A DNA stretch of 26,159 bases from a virus (lineage: Duplodnaviria > Caudoviricetes): positions 1 to 26,159 of the IMG/VR virus record IMGVR_UViG_3300006919_000376; one strand, 5' to 3'. Every line of letters starts with the position of its first letter. The first letter of the stretch is position 1. Positions 8,101-16,496 of this stretch are shown here, in pieces. The position numbers and the translations under genes were made by a program. The notes beneath the pieces are model-generated. The model was not told the origin of the DNA, did not search any database, and was given only the letters and a program-made list of their open reading frames with translations.

Positions 8101-11100
8101 ACTGGCTCTTCACCATCAAATAGCTCTATTAACATGTTAAACCCATCAGCTAGCTGAAAAAACGGGTCAGTTATATTAAAAACGCCGGTTGTGAAATATA
8201 TAGCTATTTCCTCTCCGTTAAATATAGTTTTAGATGTCGCTTCGGGAAAACTTGCTATAATGTCGTCAGACACCTGGTGCGTTAAATCAGTAATAGGTGA
8301 GTCAACGTAGCTATCTAGTATATTTACAGAATACTTTAATCCACCATCGATAGCTGTTCCTACACCAGCCCCACTCAGAAAACTACTACCTTCTGGTGAA
8401 AAAACAATTCCACCCGGTTCGTCGTTGTCTTGATTTTCTAGTCTCCATATAGAACCTACAAATGCGGGTAACGTATTAGACGCTGGTGCGTCCGGAGGCC
8501 CATCGTAAGTGGTTTCAACTCCATCCGCGCTAGTAAAAAATCTACTAGCGTACATAAGAGGAGTTCCACTACCGTGATTCTCTATAAATATATTATTTCC
8601 CAAACTAAAAGCGCCTATGTCTGCAACCACTTCTTGAGCGTTAAGATTAAACCTAGCAGAATACGGAGCGTTAAAAGAATCATATGGTGTATCTATGATA
8701 GGCGCTTGCAGAAATTCACCAAACGCTTCACCCACAAAATCTTGACCCTCTACAGCCTCAACAAAATGCCCTTTGGGTATAGCTGGATGATGAGTAATAG
8801 CTGTCGATGAGTTTAACGACATGTTTTTTAACGGGATAAACGAATGGTTAACCGGTATATCCGGGATACCCCAGTGATTGTAGTGGCTCTGCCAAGTTTC
8901 ATTGATATTATGAGGAGATGGAATTAAATCCACGCCTGTTAAAGGGAAGCTGTCTTGAAAATGATTAACATCGTTTTGATATGTTACTAACTCTGTGCCT
9001 TGATCAACATTAGAGCTAGTTAGTAAATTCGAAGTATCTACGGGATAGTTGTCTAGCGTAAGATTATAATGCTTGCTATAGTCATCATAACTACCAAGCG
9101 CTATATTGTATTCACTTAAATTATCTCTAAACCAATCACGCATACCTGCGTCTGAGATAGGTGTTAATCCGTCCATAGAAAGTCTAAGGACTGAACCTCT
9201 TTGTTTATCTGTAAAATAAGCTCTATATGATTCAGAAGCAAAAGACTCAGGGTTCTTAGATATACCATAATCCCCTACAAAAGGCACAGCTTGTCCAAGG
9301 ACGTTTTCAGTGGCTACAAGTTGAGGGTTTCCATCCGCGTTAAAGACAGCGTCTTTATTTGCTAATATCTTTAAAACCCTATCTTCGCACATAGCAACTA
9401 AATCAGTGCTTCTTGTGAATAGCTTTTGAATACTTCCGTATGTAGGGTTTAAATCTTTGGTTATCTTTTCTGCTTGGATAAACTGATTAAGGTTGTTTAT
9501 ACCACTGTTAGAATTATATATACCAGAATAAATTAACCCATGTTTGCGGTGCTCTTCTGCATATGGCTCTTCTAATGTTGAAGACGCTCGAGCACCATTT
9601 GTGATCTGCATCTCGTTAAAAGTGTCTCTAATTCTATTAGATTCTATACCGTCTCCAAAAGAAAAACAATTGTACCAACTTAATCCCGTGTCAAGAGAAA
9701 GATCTAGATCTTTATTTATAAGCCAAATTCTTTTATCGAATACCCCAGGCTCAGAGAATTGCTTAAACCATTTTATTTTAGCTGTAGTATAACTACCGTT
9801 TTCTCGTATAAACTTAACAGCGACTGGGTCGCCTACTTCATCAGCTAAAGCTGCTGCTGTTGTGCTGTTTTCTTCTTCGGCACCATCGTGTGGAAAGTTA
9901 TAATTTAATTCAAATGCAGCAAACTCATCACCACTAAAAATTGTATTTGCAGCGGATGAGTTATACTGATTGCTATTAAAATCACCGGCATCAATGATCC
10001 AGTTTGTAATACGCCTATTGGCGTTGTAATCAAATATACCTGCTTCTCCAGGAATCCTACCTTCATCTAAAGTTGGGACCTCTAACCCTAAATCGTCTAC
10101 TAAAACCACTCTGCATCCTACAGGTGCAAAAATCTCTGCGTTTTCACTTGTTAATCTAACTGGTATATTGCTACTAGCTTCGTAATATATGTTTAAATCG
10201 GTTAGTTGTTGAGGCTCTGTCTCCCAAATAGCAGGGTAACTCTGTAAAGTGGTAAGAACGTTTTCAACATTTGTCTCTGGGTGTAAGAATTCAATGTTTG
10301 TAAAAGTATCATCATCAACCGAGAATGTCGGAGCGCCAGGATTGTAACCTTGTTCTGTAGGGTTTTTATCAAGCTCAATTATGTAACACGTTCTCCTATT
10401 ATGTCTTGCCCCAAAGTTTTCTAACGCTTCAATAAGATTTTGGGTTGCGGTAGTATCTTCACCTGTAATTGTTTGGTTTGCATCAACCGTTACGGAATTC
10501 GCCCACGCGCTAGCCGCTTCCTCTACGCTAAGGGGATAATCAACGGTGTCAGCGTTTTTATAATCATCTCCGTCGTATATCCACCTCATTCTCCATGACG
10601 TATGGTTGTATATGTGTTTAGTACGAACCTTTTGTATAGTATATACAATTTTACCAGGATCATCTTTGAATATAAACCTGTTACCTTCCTCGAGTTGACT
10701 TACAAAAAACTGAATATCAGTGTCTAATCCAGACGGGCTGATCTCAGGTCTCCACTGGTTTAAATGTAAATTCTGATAACTATCATCATACCCTTGCCCT
10801 TGGAGTTCGCTAGGGGTAAGCGCTCTACCTATTCCAGTTACTTCATCGTAATTCCCTTCAAACTCCATTATACGTATCCCATCAGCTTCCGAAGCTGCGA
10901 TAACTGGACTAATAGCGTTTTCACCTGTTGTTGAAAGACTAGGTGGAAAAGCAGTATCTTGCCCTGTTCCTTGAGACGCGGTAGGAAGTAAATTGAATAT
11001 ACCTCCACCCCATATACCTTGTAATTTGCTGGCTATACTATCTTTACCAACGAGACTAGTTACCCCTAAGTCGTTTATTATACTAGTGGCATTACCCAAA

Positions 11101-14100
11101 TCAATAAGATCTTCACCAGGACCTAAGAATGAAAGATGCATATAATGTTTACCTATATCACTATTTGAAGTACCGTAAGTATTATCTACATCAAGGTTTG
11201 AAGGGTATATAGTATTGACGTTCCACCGTCTCCACAATGATGTATGCTCAACCGTGGAAGTCATGATCCCCTCTAAACCGTTTATAATTCTATCTCCCGC
11301 ACCGTCACCCTGCGCTAAGTAAACCTCCGGAGTAACACCTCTTCCGCCTGCGTTTCCACTCACACGCCAAGTGTAGTAATCCATGTCACTAGTCTGAGAG
11401 TTCTCCCAGTCCCCTACATTAGTTCCACCACCTACTAAATCTAAGTTTTCAAACCCATCAACTACATTATCACCATTGTTGAAAAGATCGTCAGACATAC
11501 CGAATAAAGGCCCTTGCCATTCTTTACCGTGTATTGATAACGCTAAATTAAGCAAACTGTTATTGTCGTCATATGAGACACCTTTCCATGGGCCTATGTG
11601 CTTTTTCCACTCTAACTTACGATAATAAGTCTGAGCCCCAAACCATCCTTCGCCAGACTCTTTAGCGTAAGAACTCGCAGATGGATTAGACGCTATGAAA
11701 GGCAAGTTATCTATAAAGAAAGACTTTTTGTCAGACTCGTCAAGAACATCAAATAAATTACTCCAGTGTATAGGTTCACACCCTGGTGTTATGTCTGTTG
11801 GATATTGAGTACCATCTGGCTCCCCAGGATCAATAGTGTTAATTAGACCTGACGTTTCATCATTATCAGATGTATTATATGCACTATATAGCCAATACAT
11901 CTGTTGTGAAGTGACCGCGTAATTTTGACTTTCTAAAGAAGAGTCTTCGTTTATTAATAAGTTTACAGCTGTTTTTATTTTTACAAAAAATTTACCACTA
12001 AAATCTTCACCAGGTATTTCATCTCTCCTTTCAGTTTTAAACGTTAAATTTTCATGTAACAACCAGTCGTCACCATTAGGGTCTTTAGCTATGTTAGCGT
12101 CTATAGCGGATATTTTACTAGATAGTTTTATGTGATAAATACCGGCAGTATTAACTGCGCTTTGCGCTCTCGTAACACTAGAAATCCTATATCTTTTAGA
12201 ATGAGTACCGTGTTTTTCCCATGATATAAATACTTTGTTACTGCCTGATGCCAGGAAATCTTGAGAAAGATCAGATCCAAATACTCCTGATATTAACCAA
12301 CCTGTTGCGTTTATTTCTATATCTTGCGTGTCCTCTTTATCTATTCTAGCGTCAGGGTTTAAGAATATAGATTGATCTTCCACGCCCTCATTATCCAAAG
12401 TTCCAGAATCGTTATAGCCGTACCCGGCTAATTTATCGAAATTATTTACTACTCTACCTAAAGGAGAGAACGTATACTTAATAGCCTCTGGAGCTTCATT
12501 ACTTATATCTAAAACTTTGTATTTGTTATCAAATAAAGGCTGTGTAGATAAACTATTATTAAATATCTTTTTTACTGTTATAAAATCCTCTTTTACGATT
12601 TTATTTCTATCTGAAGAGGCGAATGATAACCACAAGTGATTGTTATCATCGTGAAAGTCCACGTGTCTAGGCGGGGTATAAGCTTTATCCATGATAAGAT
12701 TGTAGTACTCCCCAGAAGTTTCTTTTATATAAAACTTATAGTAATCAATCCAATCAGCGGGCTCTAAATCTATATATGCCTTGAACATGTTAGAGTTGCT
12801 AGCGTTTAACCCTAACTCAGGATTTCTCCAGTCAATTTTCACACCTTTTTTAGAAGTGAAAACAGGTGTTTCTCTACCATATTTATCACCGAATACAACT
12901 CCAACTTGATAATCTCTCTTTGACTTTAAAGATCTTAATCCTCCTTCACTGAAATCTTGAGTCTCTCTAAGTTCAAAACCAGACCACACGTTTGGTTTTA
13001 AGAAGTTGCCATCGATGTCTTTACCGAAGTTGTAACCTTGAGTGTAATTGCCATACACTATTCTATTACCAACAATTTCTTGAGCTAAAGCGGATCTAGG
13101 CACATTATCCCATGGTCTAAGCAGTTGGTTTTCAGGTAAAGCCGCGTGTATACTCTCTGTCGATATATTATACTTTCCCTTATGCGCTGACACTTCTCCA
13201 AACGTTACAAGCTCACTAGGCGTACCTGCTGGTAATATGTTTGTAGCTAGTTGACCAGAACCCGCTTTACTCCATTCTGAATCTGTATACTTTATATTAT
13301 CTATAGAATAAACTACATTAGAGTTTTCTTGCTTGTAAAGAAGATCTACTTGAACTACATCTTTAGGTATATCGGAGGGTACAAAATCATACAGATCTAT
13401 AGACTTTATAACGTTTGTCATAGTCTTGTTGTACGGTTCGTCTGTACTATAAGAGTTTAGCGAACTAATCCCATCATCATATTCGGAATTGAATACTACA
13501 TCTGTAAACGGACCCATAGCGGAATACTCCCCGTCTCTGTACTTATATCTAAAACAAAATCTTGGAAATATTTTTTCAAAAATAGCGGAATTCACATCTT
13601 CAATAGCGGAATTCATTTTATACGTAGGAGCTATACTAGGCTTCTTTTTTATAACAGTAACGTAATCTTCTGTTAAAAACCCTTTATCTTCACCATCTAT
13701 ATATAATCTAGAGTGTAAATTTATATTAGTAGGATTTTCTTTATGACGTGTCTCCTCGATATTTATCTTTTTTGGTTCAGAATCTCCGTCTGTCCAAAAT
13801 AGAAAATCATCAATAATATTTACACCTGTAACTTGCTTACCTGTAAATTTTAGAAATGCATTTTCACCACCTAAGTCTACAGCTATAAATGAACTAGCTG
13901 AGTAAGGTGCATCAGATTTATCATACTCTACAATAACATCTCTGTCAAGCATTTTAACAAACGTGTAGAGTTTATTCGTTAATTCATTAGAAATACTTCC
14001 AACGCAAGTTCCACCTGAACTTAAAGAGTCTACCCTAGAGTTACCCATGATATTTTGAACAGTACCAACGTCAGATCCCTCAGAAGTTGCAACGCTGATA

Positions 14101-14195
14101 TTTAAAGCGTCTCTATACTGTCCTTTTGGAATTAATCTTTCATCAAGGTCTTTATTCATTTTACCTTGATTGAAAGTATTTTTAATTTCAGGCAT
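5181..14195 (-). CDS. Giant tail stabilization/muzzle (nozzle)-like protein, P22 gp10/crAss muzzle type, with large insertions (3004 aa)
   Basis: Conserved-looking motif islands: N-terminal GKMNKDLDERL...YRDALNI; DDFLFWTDGDSEPKKINI; FPRFCFRYKYRDGEYSAMGPF; QEIVGNRIVYGNY; SLKSKRDYQVGVVFGDKYGRETPV; WYNCFSFGDGIESNRIRD; YGISKNPESF; YFTDKQRGSVLRLSMDGLTPIS; GWESFKSF; KEGKWFNYIKG. Follows the ring-protein genes. Family recognised from memory of crAss-like/flavophage tail proteins. Confidence 0.75.
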   Translation of the reverse strand: MPEIKNTFNQGKMNKDLDERLIPKGQYRDALNISVATSEGSDVGTVQNIMGNSRVDSLSSGGTCVGSISNELTNKLYTFVKMLDRDVIVEYDKSDAPYSASSFIAVDLGGENAFLKFTGKQVTGVNIIDDFLFWTDGDSEPKKINIEETRHKENPTNINLHSRLYIDGEDKGFLTEDYVTVIKKKPSIAPTYKMNSAIEDVNSAIFEKIFPRFCFRYKYRDGEYSAMGPFTDVVFNSEYDDGISSLNSYSTDEPYNKTMTNVIKSIDLYDFVPSDIPKDVVQVDLLYKQENSNVVYSIDNIKYTDSEWSKAGSGQLATNILPAGTPSELVTFGEVSAHKGKYNISTESIHAALPENQLLRPWDNVPRSALAQEIVGNRIVYGNYTQGYNFGKDIDGNFLKPNVWSGFELRETQDFSEGGLRSLKSKRDYQVGVVFGDKYGRETPVFTSKKGVKIDWRNPELGLNASNSNMFKAYIDLEPADWIDYYKFYIKETSGEYYNLIMDKAYTPPRHVDFHDDNNHLWLSFASSDRNKIVKEDFITVKKIFNNSLSTQPLFDNKYKVLDISNEAPEAIKYTFSPLGRVVNNFDKLAGYGYNDSGTLDNEGVEDQSIFLNPDARIDKEDTQDIEINATGWLISGVFGSDLSQDFLASGSNKVFISWEKHGTHSKRYRISSVTRAQSAVNTAGIYHIKLSSKISAIDANIAKDPNGDDWLLHENLTFKTERRDEIPGEDFSGKFFVKIKTAVNLLINEDSSLESQNYAVTSQQMYWLYSAYNTSDNDETSGLINTIDPGEPDGTQYPTDITPGCEPIHWSNLFDVLDESDKKSFFIDNLPFIASNPSASSYAKESGEGWFGAQTYYRKLEWKKHIGPWKGVSYDDNNSLLNLALSIHGKEWQGPLFGMSDDLFNNGDNVVDGFENLDLVGGGTNVGDWENSQTSDMDYYTWRVSGNAGGRGVTPEVYLAQGDGAGDRIINGLEGIMTSTVEHTSLWRRWNVNTIYPSNLDVDNTYGTSNSDIGKHYMHLSFLGPGEDLIDLGNATSIINDLGVTSLVGKDSIASKLQGIWGGGIFNLLPTASQGTGQDTAFPPSLSTTGENAISPVIAASEADGIRIMEFEGNYDEVTGIGRALTPSELQGQGYDDSYQNLHLNQWRPEISPSGLDTDIQFFVSQLEEGNRFIFKDDPGKIVYTIQKVRTKHIYNHTSWRMRWIYDGDDYKNADTVDYPLSVEEAASAWANSVTVDANQTITGEDTTATQNLIEALENFGARHNRRTCYIIELDKNPTEQGYNPGAPTFSVDDDTFTNIEFLHPETNVENVLTTLQSYPAIWETEPQQLTDLNIYYEASSNIPVRLTSENAEIFAPVGCRVVLVDDLGLEVPTLDEGRIPGEAGIFDYNANRRITNWIIDAGDFNSNQYNSSAANTIFSGDEFAAFELNYNFPHDGAEEENSTTAAALADEVGDPVAVKFIRENGSYTTAKIKWFKQFSEPGVFDKRIWLINKDLDLSLDTGLSWYNCFSFGDGIESNRIRDTFNEMQITNGARASSTLEEPYAEEHRKHGLIYSGIYNSNSGINNLNQFIQAEKITKDLNPTYGSIQKLFTRSTDLVAMCEDRVLKILANKDAVFNADGNPQLVATENVLGQAVPFVGDYGISKNPESFASESYRAYFTDKQRGSVLRLSMDGLTPISDAGMRDWFRDNLSEYNIALGSYDDYSKHYNLTLDNYPVDTSNLLTSSNVDQGTELVTYQNDVNHFQDSFPLTGVDLIPSPHNINETWQSHYNHWGIPDIPVNHSFIPLKNMSLNSSTAITHHPAIPKGHFVEAVEGQDFVGEAFGEFLQAPIIDTPYDSFNAPYSARFNLNAQEVVADIGAFSLGNNIFIENHGSGTPLMYASRFFTSADGVETTYDGPPDAPASNTLPAFVGSIWRLENQDNDEPGGIVFSPEGSSFLSGAGVGTAIDGGLKYSVNILDSYVDSPITDLTHQVSDDIIASFPEATSKTIFNGEEIAIYFTTGVFNITDPFFQLADGFNMLIELFDGEEPVDPEIIAPLGDTQFGNANYILNNLTDSPYEAHHMLFTDWTGYSNGNPDIAFAGDYVMGWQSNNEVLFPAIWAFVPGVYEANDENPVHGSPTMNSAAWKFSDGTTQDSVLIENLVVKLSLVTKPSAVSTKYSIYVNEFKLVKPHSLINPTGIEGQDFIQEVNPIPYRDIPAWAEVKHGDGSGGILGWTGDVENNGTNLIDFVWTNQIIYGRQNLGQSNTEYEAGGLGEFGAQHTYYSPTINEETGEYNAVNEPLQDGGAITNFGDHIDLSDQPVPPIPGEQPDPFVSIHEVSGDNTGGATDSATRIEVDADSTAIISQDISDNPLENGNWYLLDISYQPVVDDIDANSDVSLLNCIPTGLIPESPIDQDSGDPSYPYGYFGEIKPNGNLRLLSTTRTEYDTTAVVSNVIRCIFQYPFGFPPLEEIKIAITKHDYAKAIDSIRLINITNLTTGGKADSWITPPSNYLGSSDVQIPPITYNLFDQPEVYFKNGAIEWNTTQGPGHEKFIYQNISPNFPMDNPNPTQPYEFSFTIIPVSSLDIQGSLAGYVTGNTEDVEVDGVTSILTHGFGFNNLTQPGDYVIKGNMLSYSGNPISVFLNGEEVSAADVLAGDINGFIYSASTFAEDESSPLGNPRKVFFEPEENGFTGAIKDIALRDTTNYFTGGTVDSWNIVFSTSFQNLLFWEEDPAGGGRIRFEGLRAVWGNINQNIGHIHTNQEVRLSFDCALDNGFIAGYYYNEDGKGFVFQTDIEANVSFEQDFFIGTSTNDDPDNLINTVVITSGSNDKALELRGTLDNITLNKIFRLENSTTVSFNEDVRGWESFKSFVPESGVSLSNQYFTVKNGELWQHYTNETRGSFYGEQYEASVTAILNETPSSIKSFNTINYEGSQAMVKAFAKAENSTATTLSTYNAFTNDRLGWEMESFETDLQKGFISEFIEKEGKWFNYIKGSRLSTENIDTANFNFQGLGIVSSTH
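7635..7651. repeat. 17-nt direct repeat, left copy (aaaatcttgaccctcta)
   Basis: Identical to 8736-8752; both encode EGQDF in the same frame of the 3004-aa gene. Confidence 0.9.
8736..8752. repeat. 17-nt direct repeat, right copy (aaaatcttgaccctcta)
   Basis: Identical to 7635-7651; offset 1101 nt = 367 codons. Confidence 0.9.
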
Positions 14196-14198
14196 GAA

Positions 14199-15683
14199 TT
14201 AGTGTTTTATATGCTTAGATTGACCTCTAAGAGTTTGTGTTAACTCTTCTAATTTTATATTGGAAAGTCTTAGTTTTGCTTTTCTAACTGCTGCAAATTT
14301 ATCTTTCTTGTAGTAGGCTAATTGACCTCGACCTACGTTTGCTCTAGCGCTCATAACGTCGCATAGTATATGTTTATACATAGCTTCTTCAGCTAATTTA
14401 GGAACTTGCATCTCAGAATCACTACCAAGACTATCGCTTATATAATCTAATATCACAGTTTTTCCAGATATATTAGATGAAAAATGTATTTTACCTAATC
14501 TTTGATCTATGAAAAAAGATCCATTGATTTGCGCATGACTTGGCTCAAGACCGTAGCGCTCATTTGGATTTAACCAATGTTGCTCATATCTATAATCCTC
14601 AATAGAGTTTTCAGCTGGAGTTGTAGACTTAAAAGCATTCCAAGTCGAACTATTTATTTCATTACCTCGAGGAGATGTTAAACCTTCGTTAACCCTATAA
14701 CCTGTCACTGATATGTTGTCTATTGTGTTTGAAACTAAATGAATAGAAGCATCTACGTCGTAATTTGTATGAGGGACATAAGATGTCACTAAAGCATACA
14801 CGTGATCATATGCACTTACGTTTATACTGTATTTAGCTTCGTCGTCACTTGATGTACCGTTCCACTCTATATAACTACCACCATCTTCGTGGGGTATGTC
14901 GAATATTTCGTGACTCACGTTAGCTGATGGACCTTCTGGATTTGATATACCATCATACGGTAAAGTGTTCATATCTCCAGATTGAGTGCTTAAACCAAAC
15001 CTCAAGACTCCAGCAGGGGTAGCTCTAGTGCTCAAACCAGCAGCCGCGACAGCCGCACCATCCGCTTCTATATCTAAATAGTCTATGCCAGTAACATCGA
15101 TTTTCTGCCAAACAGCAAGAGCATGCCCAAAAGTTATCTTAGGTCTACCTCTCTGATGAGAAGCGTGGTTGAAGCTAAGTATATTTGACGTAGCCTCTAA
15201 CGTAGTGCGCATCTCACGATCTGTAGGTACAATCTCCCAGTTATTTAAACCATCATCAAAACCTGGATTTGTTACAAATTCGCTAAGACTCTTGAAAGAA
15301 TATTCTCCACTTGTCTCTTGTTTTACATGAAAAGGATTAGACGTGTGCTTAGTTGGGTATAAAGGTCTTTTAATACCAGCCGCGTCAACCCAAGCAATCT
15401 TAGTATAGTTAACGTAATCATGAGGTAGTATCATGGTTAAACTTGGAGGTAGATCTATCTGCTGTGATTTAAAAGATTTAAACGTATCAAAAGACAATTC
15501 AGCTAAAGCTCTTTGCGCATGAAACGCTATATCTGTTCTACTAGCTTTGGGTATAACTTTATCTTCTCCAACATACATTATTTGGAACTGAGCTATAATA
15601 TCGTCTAGTGAAACAAACTGATATCCGCCATAGTTTTCACCTTGATAATACTCTCTTTGAGTTTTGTCATCTAATAGTCCCAT
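14199..15683 (-). CDS. Tail ring/tubular (head-tail adaptor) protein with internal CBM-like insertion (494 aa)
   Basis: N-part YQFVSLDDII...AQRALAELSFD...LPHDYVNYTKI and C-part GKIHFSS...VILDYISD...VPKLAEEAMYKHI fit tail tubular/ring proteins (P22 gp4-like fold family). Lies immediately upstream of the muzzle-like gene. Confidence 0.65.
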   Translation of the reverse strand: MGLLDDKTQREYYQGENYGGYQFVSLDDIIAQFQIMYVGEDKVIPKASRTDIAFHAQRALAELSFDTFKSFKSQQIDLPPSLTMILPHDYVNYTKIAWVDAAGIKRPLYPTKHTSNPFHVKQETSGEYSFKSLSEFVTNPGFDDGLNNWEIVPTDREMRTTLEATSNILSFNHASHQRGRPKITFGHALAVWQKIDVTGIDYLDIEADGAAVAAAGLSTRATPAGVLRFGLSTQSGDMNTLPYDGISNPEGPSANVSHEIFDIPHEDGGSYIEWNGTSSDDEAKYSINVSAYDHVYALVTSYVPHTNYDVDASIHLVSNTIDNISVTGYRVNEGLTSPRGNEINSSTWNAFKSTTPAENSIEDYRYEQHWLNPNERYGLEPSHAQINGSFFIDQRLGKIHFSSNISGKTVILDYISDSLGSDSEMQVPKLAEEAMYKHILCDVMSARANVGRGQLAYYKKDKFAAVRKAKLRLSNIKLEELTQTLRGQSKHIKH

Positions 15684-15686
15684 TTA

Positions 15687-16430
15687 CTATGATTTTTCTT
15701 GTTGAATACTCTTAACCTCTTCTTGTGTGGCTAACTGAGCCACGTTGTAATCTTTCATTGAAACACCCGCTAGTTTAAGTATTTGAATAACTAAATTCTT
15801 CTCTTCAGAGGCGTGTAATTCAAAATCTCTTTTATCAACAGCGGTTGGATTCCATAAAGCTTGATCATTCACAATTATGTAAGTCCACCTAGGAGCATTT
15901 GGTTTTCTTATATAGTCAATTTTTACCTTGTCGTTTGCGGGGTCTGGATAAGGAAATACTTTGATTTTACTTGACGTGACGCCATGTTTAATAAATACTG
16001 GTCTCCTTTTGCTCCATTTAGCTAGTTTTGATTCACCACGTAGAGACAACTCTTTGCCACTTAGCTCTTCCGCTATGTTATATGCACCTTGACTTTTATA
16101 ATGAACACCAACTTCCTCTATCCTATATAATTCAGGAAATAAGTTTGCTGTGTTGACATCGCCATTGGCTAGCACGGCCGTGTTAGACTCACCCACCCAC
16201 ATTCTAAATAAAGCTATCTTTTCTTCTATGATATCCCTAGGATCCGCCGTTACCGTGTTATTACCAGGAACTCTGCGGAATTGATTGAGGTCGTAAAAGT
16301 ACTGCTCAAATATTGAATTCTGAGCGTGTGTGGCAAATAAATTAAACTCTTGCGGAGTTATGTAACCTCGTTGTTCTTTATTAGCTAACGCTAACACTGT
16401 TTGATACACTCTATCTACACTTATCGCCAT
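15687..16430 (-). CDS. Tail ring/head-tail connector protein (247 aa)
   Basis: N-terminal VYQTVLALANKEQRGYITPQEFNLFATHAQ and C-terminal IKVFP...IDYIRKP...DFELH...LVIQILKLAG match the pattern of crAss-like ring proteins. Two genes downstream of the major capsid gene. Confidence 0.65.
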   Translation of the reverse strand: MAISVDRVYQTVLALANKEQRGYITPQEFNLFATHAQNSIFEQYFYDLNQFRRVPGNNTVTADPRDIIEEKIALFRMWVGESNTAVLANGDVNTANLFPELYRIEEVGVHYKSQGAYNIAEELSGKELSLRGESKLAKWSKRRPVFIKHGVTSSKIKVFPYPDPANDKVKIDYIRKPNAPRWTYIIVNDQALWNPTAVDKRDFELHASEEKNLVIQILKLAGVSMKDYNVAQLATQEEVKSIQQEKS

Positions 16431-16444
16431 AATTCTTTTTATGT

Positions 16445-16490
16445 TTCATAGTATGAAAGACCACCTAGTTGGTGGCCTTTCCACTACAAA
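16445..16490 (-). other. Long intergenic RNA stem-loop (terminator, stabiliser or processing site)
   Basis: Minus strand TTTGTAGTG-GAAAGGCCACC-AACTA-GGTGGTCTTTC-A-TACTATGAA. An 11-bp core with one G-U extends to about 20 bp with a single bulged A. The G-U pairs work only on the minus-strand transcript. No clear U-tract follows. Confidence 0.7.
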
Positions 16491-16496
16491 TGATTA

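Noticed and set aside
7635-8752. Diversity-generating retroelement, invertible shufflon or IS element as the source of the 17-nt repeats
   Set aside because: The repeats are short, direct and identical, with no adenine-specific mismatches. No reverse transcriptase, invertase or transposase is present in the window.
5690-9053. Intein, intron or homing endonuclease as the explanation for the muzzle insertion
   Set aside because: No Cys/Ser start with His-Asn end, no LAGLIDADG or HNH motifs, and the reading frame is continuous.
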